From Zygophlyctis sp. KS116 (lineage: Eukaryota; Fungi; Chytridiomycota), in NCBI GenBank assembly GCA_054661495.1, contig BAAFSQ010000182.1, positions 1 through 20,208 of the forward strand: 20,208 nt of DNA, in the 5' to 3' direction. Within the stretch, counting starts at the first letter, position 1. Each line of letters opens with the position of its first letter. This document shows positions 1 to 10,910 of this stretch, piece after piece. The notes beneath the pieces are model-generated. The model did no database searches and was not told the DNA's origin. It was given only the letters and a program-made list of their open reading frames with translations. The position numbers and the translations under genes were made by a program.

Positions 1-51
1 CCAATACTCATCCTACTTCAAATTCTAGATCCAAGAAATTAAGATATTTAG

Positions 52-672
52 AACTTTTCAAAAAAATTATCAAAAAAGGTTGAAGTTTTGGAATCAAATA
101 CTCTAGAAGCAGAGGAAAAATTAAATTTAAATTCTAATGATTCATCTGTAGACGAAAGAGATTACACTTATCATGAATTACTTTCTAGGGTCTTTGGAAT
201 GATTAGACAACACAATCCAGAATTGGTTGGAGAAAAGAAGAAATTCACTATTCCTCCTCCACAAGTTGCGCGAGAAGGAACTAAAAAGACATTGTTTGCA
301 AATATTGTAGAAATATGTAAACGGTAAATTAATTTTTTTTAATGATTTTATAGATTGCATAGGCAACCAGATCATTTAATACAATACTTGTTTGCAGAAT
401 TAGGAACTACAGGATCTATTGATGGAGCTCAAAGACTTTTAATAAAGGGAAGATTTCAACAAAAACAAATTGAAATAGTTTTAAAGAGATATATTGCAGA
501 ATATGTTCAATGTAAAACTTGTAGATCACCAGATACGAATTTAGTAAAAGAAAATAGACTCTTTTTCTTACAATGTGAATCTTGTGGATCTTCAAGAACT
601 GTATCTGCTATTAAAACTGGATTTATGGCTCAGACTGGAAAGAGATCAGCATTGAGAAACGCTCAGGCTTAA
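52..672 (+). CDS. SUI3: Translation initiation factor eIF2 subunit beta, C-terminal part (5' end upstream of the window or unresolved); intron 324-353
   Basis: Motifs [54 protein letters not shown] and the C2-C2 zinc ribbon CKTC...CESC. The 30-nt GT..AG intron 324-353 joins ICKR to LHRQPDH. The frame is open back to a TAG (probable acceptor) at 49-51; the ORF-track start at 88 is a TTG. Confidence 0.95.
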
Positions 673-721
673 GACATGTCATTTAAAGACGTCATTTCTA
701 GACTATTGAAAAACATAATAA

Positions 722-3700
722 ATGCCAAAGGGATACAAGGATTTATTTGATACTAAAGATTATAAATCAGAATATAAGAAACCAACTAGAAAAGATGTTC
801 TGTACTCTAAAAAGATATCATCTCTGCATGGATTTGAGAATCCATTGAAAGAAGCAATTTCAAATAGAAAAGTCCCAAAAACTGATTTGCAATATATTAG
901 GAAACCGCAAAAAATACCACCATCATATCTAGCAAAGTTGAGAGATTTAGATGATCAGAGGGAGGAATTGCAAAAGCATCATGTTTTGATGGAATCTAGA
1001 CAGAAATGGGAAAAAGATCATTTATTATCTCTAAAATTCAATGATCAAGTTGAAGCGGAAAGATGTCCGATTTCGTATTTTAAGAATCATATTGATACTG
1101 TTTGGAAGCAACCCGATTTCATTCAAAATAGTAAAAAATCTATAAAGAAATCAGTGGATTCATTAAAGAAATCTGAAGAAATAGTTGATCATGGTCTACA
1201 TAAATCATCATGGTTAAGAGATGTATTTACTCTCATGTTTAAATATAGGTGGAACGTCCAGAAACTATTCGAAGATTGTCAATGAGTGTTGAAGCCAATG
1301 CATTAATGATGGAAGGATTTAAAATGGGAATAAAATTATTAAAGGAAGACGATCAGTCATTGGTGAAGAAGGAAACTTACTCAACAAGAAATGTTGATTA
1401 TATGCTTGATATTTGGCAAAAAAGTGAAGGAGTAGATTTAGATACGTTTTTAAAATCTGAAGAAAGAGTAAATCATCAAAAGAGTATTTCCGCAAATCAA
1501 AGGACAAATGAATTGGCTTATGATAAAACTCTAAAACTTACAGATAATAGTCTTTTCGTGCAGGCTCGAGATGCAAATATTGAAAGAAATCAGCACCCTG
1601 AAGAAATAAAGATAAAAAAGCATAAAGACTTAGTAGTTGATGGGACTGCACAGCAGTTGACGAGTTTGAATGAAGAATTGTCAAATATTTCTCGTCGTGA
1701 AATTGCTTCTCCGAAGAGGTCAGTTGTAACAAAAACGATATATCAAGAAAATAACCAGGAAATAGTGAAATCCGAAAACTTAACGCCCAGATCTATCAAT
1801 ACACCTTTATCTAAACAAGCGCGGCTTTCTGAATCAACCATCAAAGTCCTAAAAAAGCTGAGTTTAGAAGAAAATGAAGAAACTCAGGCTCATAAATCAA
1901 GTGATCAAAATGATCTTTTAAAGTTAACTCTTACTGGGCCTCAAGAAGTGAATATGCAGCCTTATTTTCTTTCAGACGGGAATCATTCTTTTGTTCCAAT
2001 CAGAGTTAAGCGTAGACATGAGCAAATGACATATTCTCCTGGCGCTTGGTCAAAATTAATCAAATCATCTTTTCTTCCAAATGGCGAAATTAGAATATGT
2101 GACCCGCAAAATACAGAAAATGAGCCACAAGGGAGAGAATACAAGTTAGTACTAACTAATATTAATTTATTGGAGGACGAGGATGAGCCTGTAGACCTTG
2201 AGATTGATCAATTTCAAAATATTATGGCTGATTTTGATGACATAGAAGCTGATATACCTGAAGAACAAGAAAAAAATGAAGTACAGTCGTCAAATCATTC
2301 ACTCGAAGATATTCAACGACCTACCGTAACCCAGAGGCGTCTTTCAAACTTTCAGCGAAGATTGTCTATTTTCAACCAAAAAGTGAGCAAAAAAATAAAA
2401 TTAATAATATAGAATTCTCACAGTGAAAAGAAAATACCCACGCTCGAGGAACTTAATAAGATGGCACAGGATAAAAAAGAACAGGAGCGTGCAGCATCTG
2501 GTAAAAAATATTTTTCACTCTTGACTTTCTGTGGATTGGGTAACGTTTTTAGAAATAACAACCTAGTAAAGCGGTATCTAAAGTATAATTTTGAGAATAA
2601 TGAAGCCCCTTTTGGACTGCCCCAGTTGCCTCCTGGAGCTCCTATCTTAAATAGACTAAGTGACTTCCTCTCTGGTCCATATTGTGATTTAGAATATTTG
2701 CCTGAAACAGATTCAGCAGCCAGGATAAGTTTACTGCGAGCACTTTCTTTAGCATTAAGGGAAACTCAGCAAAAAGATTTATGTTTTGAAGCCGCTGAAA
2801 TAATTATCAAATCTGGAATCAGTTCAGAGCTGGGTAGATGGGACGCTCTTTTACTTAAAGATGTTCTATGTCAGATGTTATCAGAAGGCTCTCAATTATA
2901 CAGAGACACTGCATGTCTTGCATTTTGCGAGAAAAATCAAGTTACTATTGATATAATTCAGCACCTCAGGACTGGGTTTGGTGATAATGATGATAAACGA
3001 CGTCAGAGACTGAATTCCCTATTCTCAAGGTTGGAAATTGGATTTATTTCAACAGTTCAAGATATTTTGATCGAAGAAGCGACAAACATTAACTACAGAG
3101 TTCGAATTGACATAATCCATCAGATTTCAAATTACATTGAAAGATTAAGCAGCACTGATGAGCGATCCAAACAGCATAAAAAATACCCGAATCAGGAAAA
3201 GCCCATGGATGAATCGAATGATTCCGACACTTTTGTTTTCTATGGAATTGAAATACTGTTGCATTTTATGTGGGAGGTATTTTTATCGATTTGACCTTAG
3301 GATTGGTCTAAACAAGTTCGTGATCTTGCTAGTCAAGCGTTGGGAAAACTTCACCAAGGCAATGCAATATATAATCATTTGATTTGCTTGATAAGCTCTG
3401 AAAATCCAGCAAAGAGATTGGATGCACTCAAATGTCTGGGTTACTTAGGCCTCATCACAAAATCAACTTTGTCCGACTTTATCGAATGCTTTAAAGATCC
3501 ATTCACTGCAATTCGACTGCAAGCTTGCAAAGTCGCCTGTAAGCTCAAAAGTGACAATCGAGATATCATTCAGGCTCTGCTCGATTGTCTAGACGACGCC
3601 AGTTGGCAGATAAGAGCATTTGCAATTAAAGGTAATTTAATTGGGCGCTAAAAACTAGCAATTGGATTTTCCGGAAAACAAGCTCCTAAAAATAAGACTA

Positions 3701-4245
3701 GTTTAAAATGGTTCATGATGCATGACGAAAATCCTGTGGTAAGAGCGGAGGCTGTTCTAGCTTATCGAAATCTTGGTTATGTTGAGAGTGACAGTGTTGT
3801 ACGAGATTGGCTGATCACTCTTATGCAAACTGATACATCTGATGCCGTTAAGAAAGAGGCAGAAAAGGTATTAGTTGAAGTTGGAATTTTACTACCTGCC
3901 ACAAATGCTTCAGAAGACATGATTGGAGATTTCATTAATTCTCTTACCAGCCGACTTCCTGCTAATCTTGCTCTACCATATCCAAACATACTTCAAGGTA
4001 AAACCAAAGAGGAAGTTGAAATTTTCCTCAGAGACTCTCTAATAGAAGACAAAGAACAATCAGATGTTATTAATCAAGTTCGTTTACTAGCTAAAAAAGA
4101 AAAGGTCCTTCAACAGGTTCAACATGAAGAGAGGCATTCTGGAATCTTACCAAAACTTCAATTGGATCTAAATTTAGATCAGGATCATATACCAGATCTT
4201 AAAGCTATACATAGTCAGCGAAAAAATCCAAAAGATTATGCATGA
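722..4245 (+). CDS. HEAT repeat-containing protein 4 (HEATR4)-like, about 1138 aa; introns 1223-1248, 2383-2412, 3277-3300, 3632-3658 (possible extra in-frame intron 2540-2566)
   Basis: Five consecutive + strand ORFs join in frame through 24-30 nt GT..AG introns. The C-terminal half has HEAT repeats (LLHFMWEDWSKQVRDLASQALGK; CFKDPFTAIRLQAC; LDDASWQIRAFAIKAIG; HDENPVVRAEA) resembling animal HEATR4 as I recall it. The N-terminal half is charged and unrecognised. Confidence 0.72.
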
Positions 4246-5583
4246 GAAATCACTTCTTGTGATACGCCTTGACATAGCCTTAATTCTGTCTGGAATAGTT
4301 TTGAAACCTGTGATGAATCTGTTTTCTTCTTGGAAATAGAAGCAATCAAAACTTTACATCGCATCAGGATCCAATCCACAGCTTTCTTATGATTTTGTTT
4401 CTTAAAAGCCTGAAGCGTTTCCGACTCCTTTGACAAGGATAATTTCACTAATGCATCATTACATTCTTGTTCAGTCGAGAAAAAGACCAAAAGATACAAC
4501 AAAATCTTCTCTGAAGTATTCCAAAAATCAGTTCTAATTTCAAAATATCCTTTTCTTTTGTTAATAGATGAAAAATACACTGGTATTTTCAATAATTTCA
4601 AAAGATCTAGCTTGCTTATTCCAAATTTATCTGAAAAATCAATCCAAACTTTAACTACATCAAAGCTATTTTCCATATCAACAAACCCAGAAAATAAAAA
4701 TAGGTCAGCATTTGATCGATTTCCATAAGAAATATAGACTTGATCACCATTATAAATAGCCTGATTCGCAAATGTTTCACTACTTTTCAATTCAGAATTA
4801 AAAAATGTCGATATTTCTCCCTTTTTATGATTAAACATATCAAAAAATGGAATTAATGCAAGACAAGTTGAACCACTTGAATCTGGAATCTTGTTTTGTC
4901 GAGTTAATACAATCCCTCTAGCCCATACAAAATCTGCCCAGTTAAAGTTTTTCAGTATTTGACTGTGACTCTTTAGAATATTTAAAATGTATAAAAATTC
5001 CTTTACGTGTAATATAATCTGTAATGCTGCTTCATCTTTCCTTTTAAAGGTTATTGCATCTTACATTGTACGTGTGATCCCTTTAGAGAATCTAAATCAG
5101 ATAGATTATAAGCCAATGGTAGCTTTGGCAATTTCCTAGGTAAAACATTTAGATACGGTCTATAAAAAGAATTTGGATCTTGATCTTCTTGAAGTAACTG
5201 GAGAGTTAAAACCAATGACTCCATTGATTTCAACATTGAATCGTTTTGTACAATCAACTGTAAATCAGATCGCTGATGAAATGCCGTTGAAAGCATAATT
5301 TCCAAGGGAATACGAGTCATGATCTCGTCCGATTCAAAATCCTTATTTGCAAATACACCATTTCCATATTCACAAATTTTTAGATTTAATCCGTTCAATT
5401 CTGCATGATGATGAGTCAGCCATTGATGAAAACAGTTAAAATCTGGATTCCCGACTTGGCTTTGATCATGATTATCCAGTATCTTTAGGATCTCAGATGC
5501 AATATTGATCGCATTGCTTGAATTTAATGAATTTAAGCCTATTGTTAGAGAATTAAGTTACATTTAATGAGTTTCTCTTGCAT
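4236..5583 (-). CDS. SETD3: SETD3-like SET-domain methyltransferase (actin-histidine N-methyltransferase / Rubisco LSMT family); introns 5539-5561, 5036-5064, probable in-frame 4555-4578
   Basis: The spliced product contains YGNGVFA, SFYRPYLNVLP, FVWARGIVLTRQNKIP, LALIPFFDMFNH and GDQVYISYGNRSNADLFLFSGFV. The TRQNxIP and YGxRSNA motifs match SETD3. ATG 5583 is preceded by an in-frame TAA. Confidence 0.82.
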
Positions 5584-5617
5584 TGCGGCCGTTGGTTGGG
5601 GAGGTGTTGGGCTTTAA
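5584..5617. promoter_or_regulatory. Putative bidirectional promoter core between the SETD3-like and alpha-galactosidase start codons (34 nt, G-rich)
   Basis: Divergent ATGs at 5583 (-) and 5618 (+). The spacer TGCGGCCGTTGGTTGGGGAGGTGTTGGGCTTTAA is much more GC-rich than the surrounding DNA. Confidence 0.5.
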
Positions 5618-7010
5618 ATGTTACTTTTGTGGCACTTTCTTGGCTCTACTGTGGCACTTAATAATGGTCTCGGACAAACTCCAGCGATGGGATGGAACTC
5701 TTGGAATTTGTATGGCTGTAATGTAAATGAGGATATTGTTAGGAAAATGGCCGATTCAATTGTTGACTCTGGACTTAAAGATTTGGGATATGAATATGTA
5801 ACTGTTGACGATTGTTGGCAAACTGGTAGGGGAATGGATGGCATGATTCAAATTGATAATGATCGGTTCCCATCAGGAATGAAGGCACTGGGGGATTATA
5901 TTCATTCAAAAGGTCTAAAATTTGGGATTTATTCATCAGCAGGAGTATATTTACAGAGTTTAGTAATTAATATTTTAGGTTCAAACATGTATGGGTCGTG
6001 CCGGGTCATTATATTATGAGCAGGAAGATGCAAACACTTATGCAGAATGGGGTGTTGATTTTCTAAAATGTAAGTATTTTGATTTTAAAGTAAACTAGAT
6101 GATAACTGTTGGCCGGAATTTGGGATTTCAAGAAAATCTAATATTGAGCGTTTTAGTAAAATGCGTGATGCTTTGAACAATACTGGAAGACCTATATATT
6201 ATTCAATGTGTAATTGGGGACAGGCAGGAACATGGGAATGGTATTAAAAGATTCTTGAATATTTTTAGGGCATCAGACATTGCTAATTCATGGAGGACTA
6301 CTGGTGATATTGGTGATCTTTTTACTGGTTGGAGTTCAAATTGTCCTTGTAAATATTTCTCTATAAATTCTTATATTAGGCACGGATAAGAATTGCTGGA
6401 TTGTTGATTATTTGGGAATGGGTATAAATACTTGTAGTGTAACAAATATTCTTGATAAAAATGTTGATATTACTCAAGTAATTTAAAATTTTAATGTTTT
6501 AGTATTCACAGCCTGGAGGATTTAACGATTTAGATATGTTGGAAGTAGGAAATGGAGGGATGTCTACTACGGAATATCAATCACATTTTACTTTATGGGC
6601 TGCATTTAAAAGTCCATTAATCCTTGGAAACGATCTTTCCAATATGAGCCCAGAAATTTCATCTATTATCAAAAATAAGGAAATTATAGCTATAAATCAA
6701 GATCCTTTAGGTCTCTCTGTATCTTTAGATGAACAAATTCTTGATGATAATGGGAAAAAATTGATTGAGATTTATATTGGACCTCTCGTTAATGATCAAG
6801 AAGTTTTAGGTACTTAACATTTGATTAATAATAGTTATATTTAATCGGGCAGATGAAGATCTTGAAGTAGAATTACCCAAGCATTATGCAAATTCAAATC
6901 TAAAAGGAATAACTGCCAGAAATCTCTGGACTTTTGAAAACGCGACTCTGAATGATGTTTTTCCGGCAACTTGCGAATCCCATGGCGTTCTAGCATTTAG
7001 AGTTTTTTGA
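5618..7010 (+). CDS. Secreted alpha-galactosidase (GH27, melibiase), about 406 aa; introns 5945-5978, 6070-6098, 6241-6268, 6349-6379, 6478-6502, 6810-6834
   Basis: Signal peptide followed by LNNGLGQTPAMGWNSWN, VDDCWQ, HSKGLKFGIYSSAG, WGVDFLKYDNC (nucleophile), NSWRTTGDI (acid/base), FNDLDMLEVGNGGM, IAINQDPLG and a C-terminal beta-domain. Six introns of 25-34 nt restore the frame. It carries a Cys-rich CPC...C...CS insert like yeast Mel1. Confidence 0.95.
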
Positions 7011-7494
7011 TATTTTTCTTTAATCTTGAAGCAATAGTTTCTGAATTGGGTATTTTTTGAGTAAATTCATTGTCCCATGGTGGTCTAGAGTCTTTGATTG
7101 GGACCGAATGACCTTTAGAAAGCTTGACCATGTTATCAACCTCTTTTTTAACAGCTTGAGAAATCATTTCTGGCAGTTTATCACGTACAGTTTGAATTTC
7201 TTGTCTGATGTACGCCTTGATATTTGCGGGAATGGAATCAAATCTATCTAAATGGTTTTGTTGAGGTTTCATTGAGTCTAATATTTCAGTTGATGCATTA
7301 AATGAGTTTTTTATATCTTCCAGTTCCTTATTGATTTGATCCATTTTCATTGAAATTTGGTTGGTATCTCTTGCATTGGGCGTTATGGTAGAACATGACT
7401 CAATGCTTTCATTTCCTACTTCAGACTCAATTGCAGACTCTAAAAAACGGCTCAATTCTATAGAAAACTCTGTAGACAGTGATGCCAAGGACAT
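6997..7494 (-). CDS. Hypothetical 165-aa protein, predicted coiled coil, intronless
   Basis: An ATG-initiated 498-nt ORF in AT-rich DNA that exactly fills the gap between two recognised genes. It has a heptad-like segment MDQINKELEDIKNSFNASTEILDSM. No family recognised. Confidence 0.7.
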   Translation of the reverse strand: MSLASLSTEFSIELSRFLESAIESEVGNESIESCSTITPNARDTNQISMKMDQINKELEDIKNSFNASTEILDSMKPQQNHLDRFDSIPANIKAYIRQEIQTVRDKLPEMISQAVKKEVDNMVKLSKGHSVPIKDSRPPWDNEFTQKIPNSETIASRLKKNIKKL

Positions 7495-7509
7495 TTAAAA
7501 AGTCCGAAT

Positions 7510-8786
7510 TTATAGAGCGTTTTTGAATTCTTGCTTGACTTGCTTTAAAAGATTTGGATCTAAAATACAAGATATTCCAGTAAAAGCCAATGCTTTAGAA
7601 CATCGAATAGTACACTTCATCGCCTCATCTGATCGGGTATGATTAGCGAAATCAGCAGTATGATACGAAAAATCTAATTCACCATCATATGAAAGTGAAA
7701 AAAGAGGATGTAATCCAGGGAGATGATGAGTTACATTACCCATATCAGTACTACCACGAGGCTTATGATCTGGATCGTTAGAGATTTTCGCACCAAGTGA
7801 TATTATTTCTGACTCGTACAATTTTCCAAGTATAGAATTACTTAAAACATCAGCCATTGTAGATCCTGAGGAAATTTCAACAGTACATCCAGAGGATAGA
7901 GCTGCAGCCTTAAAGCAAGCATTAACTTTTGGGTGTAGACTTTTTAGTTCCTTGAGAGTCTTTGATCGAATATAATATTCCATTTTGGTATAAGACGGTA
8001 TAATATTTGGAGCATCTCCACCATGAGATATTATACCATGAATTCTATCAGTAGGTAAAATTTGTTGTCGTAAATTCGACAAGTTACTATATGCACTAAC
8101 TGCAGCATCTAATGCATTTATACCTGATTCAAATTAATTAATTTCTTTTACCGTCCCAGGGTGCAGCTGAAGCATGAGCAGACTTTCCAAAATATTCAAT
8201 TTTTAAAGATTGTAATGCCAACCAGTTTCCAAAAACTACATTTTCTGGGCCTGGATGTGCCATGAGAGCAATATCCACATTTTTAAAAGCACCTGCATTT
8301 ATGAGATCAATCTTTCCTCCTGTTGTTTCTATAATATTAAATTTTATATTATATAGAAATACCTTCAGCTGGCGTCCCTAATAAAACTATTCGAAAAGGA
8401 ATATTAATTAGTGGAGCCACTTGCTTACATCCGATCGCACAAGCCAGTCCTAAGATAGCAATCAAGTTATGTCCACAAGCATGGCCCAATCCAGGCAGAG
8501 CATCATACTCTGAACAAAATGAAATCGCTGGAATATCCTCTCCTTTAGGTCCAAATTCTGCCATGAAAGCTGTAGGAATATTATAAACAGATCTTTTGAC
8601 GGAAAATCCCTTGCTCTCAATGTAATCAGAGAGCCACTCATGGGCCTTGATTTCCTGATTAGATATTTCTGGATGATCATGCAGCTAAACGATTAATCTA
8701 GGAATATTTACCTTTAAGCTAATTTCGATCAGTTCTTTTTGTATAGCGTCTATGGCTGCATAGAGTTGAGTCTTGATTTCAGTCAT
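7510..8786 (-). CDS. Peptidase M20D family amidohydrolase (PM20D2/ACY1L2-like), about 395 aa; introns 8685-8711, 8329-8362, 8124-8151
   Basis: LHDHPEISNQE, SEYDALPGLGHACGHNLI, LGTPAEETTGGK, GKSAHASAAPWDGINALDAAV, GGDAPNIIP, GSTDMGNV and YHTADF, all restored by three introns of 27-34 nt. Confidence 0.93.
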
Positions 8787-8929
8787 CAAAATTAACGTGA
8801 TGATCTTTACTTGCCCTTTTTTACAATGCTTTTATTGAATTACTTCGCTACTTGCAATGCAGGCAATGATGCTGGCCGCAGACGTAAGCCGATAAAACTT
8901 CCGATCCGGCTGTTCCACTATCAGTAGAA
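8787..8929. promoter_or_regulatory. Divergent intergenic/promoter region between the M20D amidohydrolase and TTC25
   Basis: 143 nt between divergent ATGs, the longest intergenic stretch in the window, and locally GC-enriched. Confidence 0.5.
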
Positions 8930-10874
8930 ATGGATGATTCATCTAGTCAAGTAGAGGGTCCTGTATCCTCTTTCCAATCATATATTGCAGAGGGAGATAT
9001 TTTAACTAAACAAAGTGAATATAGAAAGGCGATCGAGGCCTATACAAAGGTATGATTACGTAACAATAATGAAAACAGGCTTTAAATCTTAAGCCGGGAG
9101 ATAAGAATGGACTAGTGGCAAGATCAAAATGTTATCTTCAATTGGGTGATCCAGAGGCAGCTCTAGTAGATGCGGATGAAGCATTAACTGAAGATGGTGA
9201 TTACTTTAAGGGGATATATCAAAAAGCTGAAGCATTATATGCAAAAGGGGATTTTGAAATGGCTCTGGTATTTTTTCATAGAGGGAAAACTCTTCGTCCG
9301 GAATTGGACGATTTTAGATTAGGAATTCAAAAGGCTAGGGAGGCAGTTGATAGTGCGATTGGGAGTAATGATTAAATATAACTAAATTATAATAGATCCT
9401 AAAGAATGTAAATTTCATCCTCCTGCTGGAATTAAACTCGTCGTCTCAATGCCAACTTCCAAACCAGGACGTTTAGTACCATCTGGATCAGAATCACATT
9501 CTTCAGCAGCGGCTCCTGTTCCAATTACAGAATGGGTGTGTCCAAAAGCACCAGTTCAGCCAGTCTATGGTATTCATCAATCAACAAAAGATTCTTCAAA
9601 AAATGAGAAAAGATCTAAACAACTTTTAGGTGAACTGTATCCTGATAGGGAGTATTTGCTCAGACTAAAACAGGACAAAGGTATTTAAAATCCATTCGAT
9701 TAATGTTGTTAGATTTCAGCTGTAATCCAAATGCCAATATCTCGTCTTTAGTCCAAGATGCTCTTAAATATCTCGATACCAGAACTGAGTTTTGGAGGCA
9801 ACAAAAACCAATGACATATGTAAACAAGAGTCATAAAAAGCTAATTCGTGAAATCAATGCAAGAAATTATTTAAAGATTCAAGAAAAAGAAAAAGAATCA
9901 AAAGTAAGGATTCAAAATATCGAGAAAGCCAAACTTCCAAAAGCCGTTACAGTAAAAACCTTTTACCCATCAAAGGATGCTAGAGTCAGAAGGCCTTTAG
10001 ATGAACCAATCGCTAAACGAGACGTCAAAACGTAAGATTTTAAATTATAAAAATCTAGTGATGATTTGACAGCCTACATAGAATCTACATTTGCAAATAT
10101 CGAAAATTGTAAAGCAATTGATTTTAATACATAGCTATATCTAAAATGGACTATGAACTGGCATTAAGAACAACTAAAAATCTTTTATCCAGAGTTACTG
10201 AATTTAGAAGTTTGAAAAACAAGGATAAAATTACTTGTAATATTAGTAAAAAAACTAATTTAAGCAAATATCTTTCATAAATTGGGCTGCATTTATCTCT
10301 GCCTAAATAAACCCGGAGAAGCATTATTATACTATAGAAAAGGTGAAGAATCCATTAAATTTACCAAAAGAATATTCAATTTCAAAAGAAAATAAAGATT
10401 TGGCAATAATGAGCCGTGCTCTTGGTGAAATCGGCCGTATTTGTGTAAAAAGCAAAAAGTACAAAGAAGCTATAAATGCATTTGAACAAAAGCTCCCTTT
10501 AACACCTGAATCATCAATTGAAAAATCATGGTTATTGCATGATATTGGTAGATGTTTTCTGGAAATTCGCAATTATGTAAAAGCTCTAGATTATGGTCAA
10601 AGAAGTTGCTCTATCGCTGATGATTTAAAGGATCAAAGGTGGGGAATGAATGCTCGATTATTACTAGCACAAGTATTTTGTAATTTTTCCAATATTTAAA
10701 AAAATAGTAAGGAAAAAGGAATATCAAGCATCTTTTGAAACATATCAAGTTGCTTTAAAAAGCGCCAAATTATTACATGATGAAATAGCCACTAAATCCA
10801 TCTCTAAAGCTTTGCATGATGTAAACTCTATTAAAAAAATTTATAACGCAACACATAATCCAGTTGCAACATAA
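8930..10874 (+). CDS. ODAD4: Outer dynein arm docking complex subunit 4 (TTC25), TPR protein, about 571 aa; introns 9050-9078, 9365-9395, 9681-9712, 10032-10058, 10109-10134, 10237-10264, 10343-10370, 10680-10707
   Basis: SFQSYIAEGD; LVARSKCYLQLGD; KAEALYAKGDFEMALVFFHRG; FRLGIQKAREA; QLLGELYPDREYL; YLDTRTEFWRQQKP; EKSWLLHDIGRCFLE. These are characteristic TTC25 blocks. Eight introns of 26-32 nt give an uninterrupted frame. Confidence 0.9.
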
Positions 10875-10910
10875 ACATAAAATTGTGATTTAAATTCCGA
10901 AAATAAAGCG

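Noticed and set aside
2501-2552. Possible 52-nt intron GTAAAA...TTTAG in HEATR4-like
   Set aside because: Splicing it would shift the frame into a stop within four codons.
8805-8830. U5 snRNA loop-1-like GCCCTTTTTTAC
   Set aside because: It does not match the invariant GCCUUUUAC, and the flanks do not form the closing stem.
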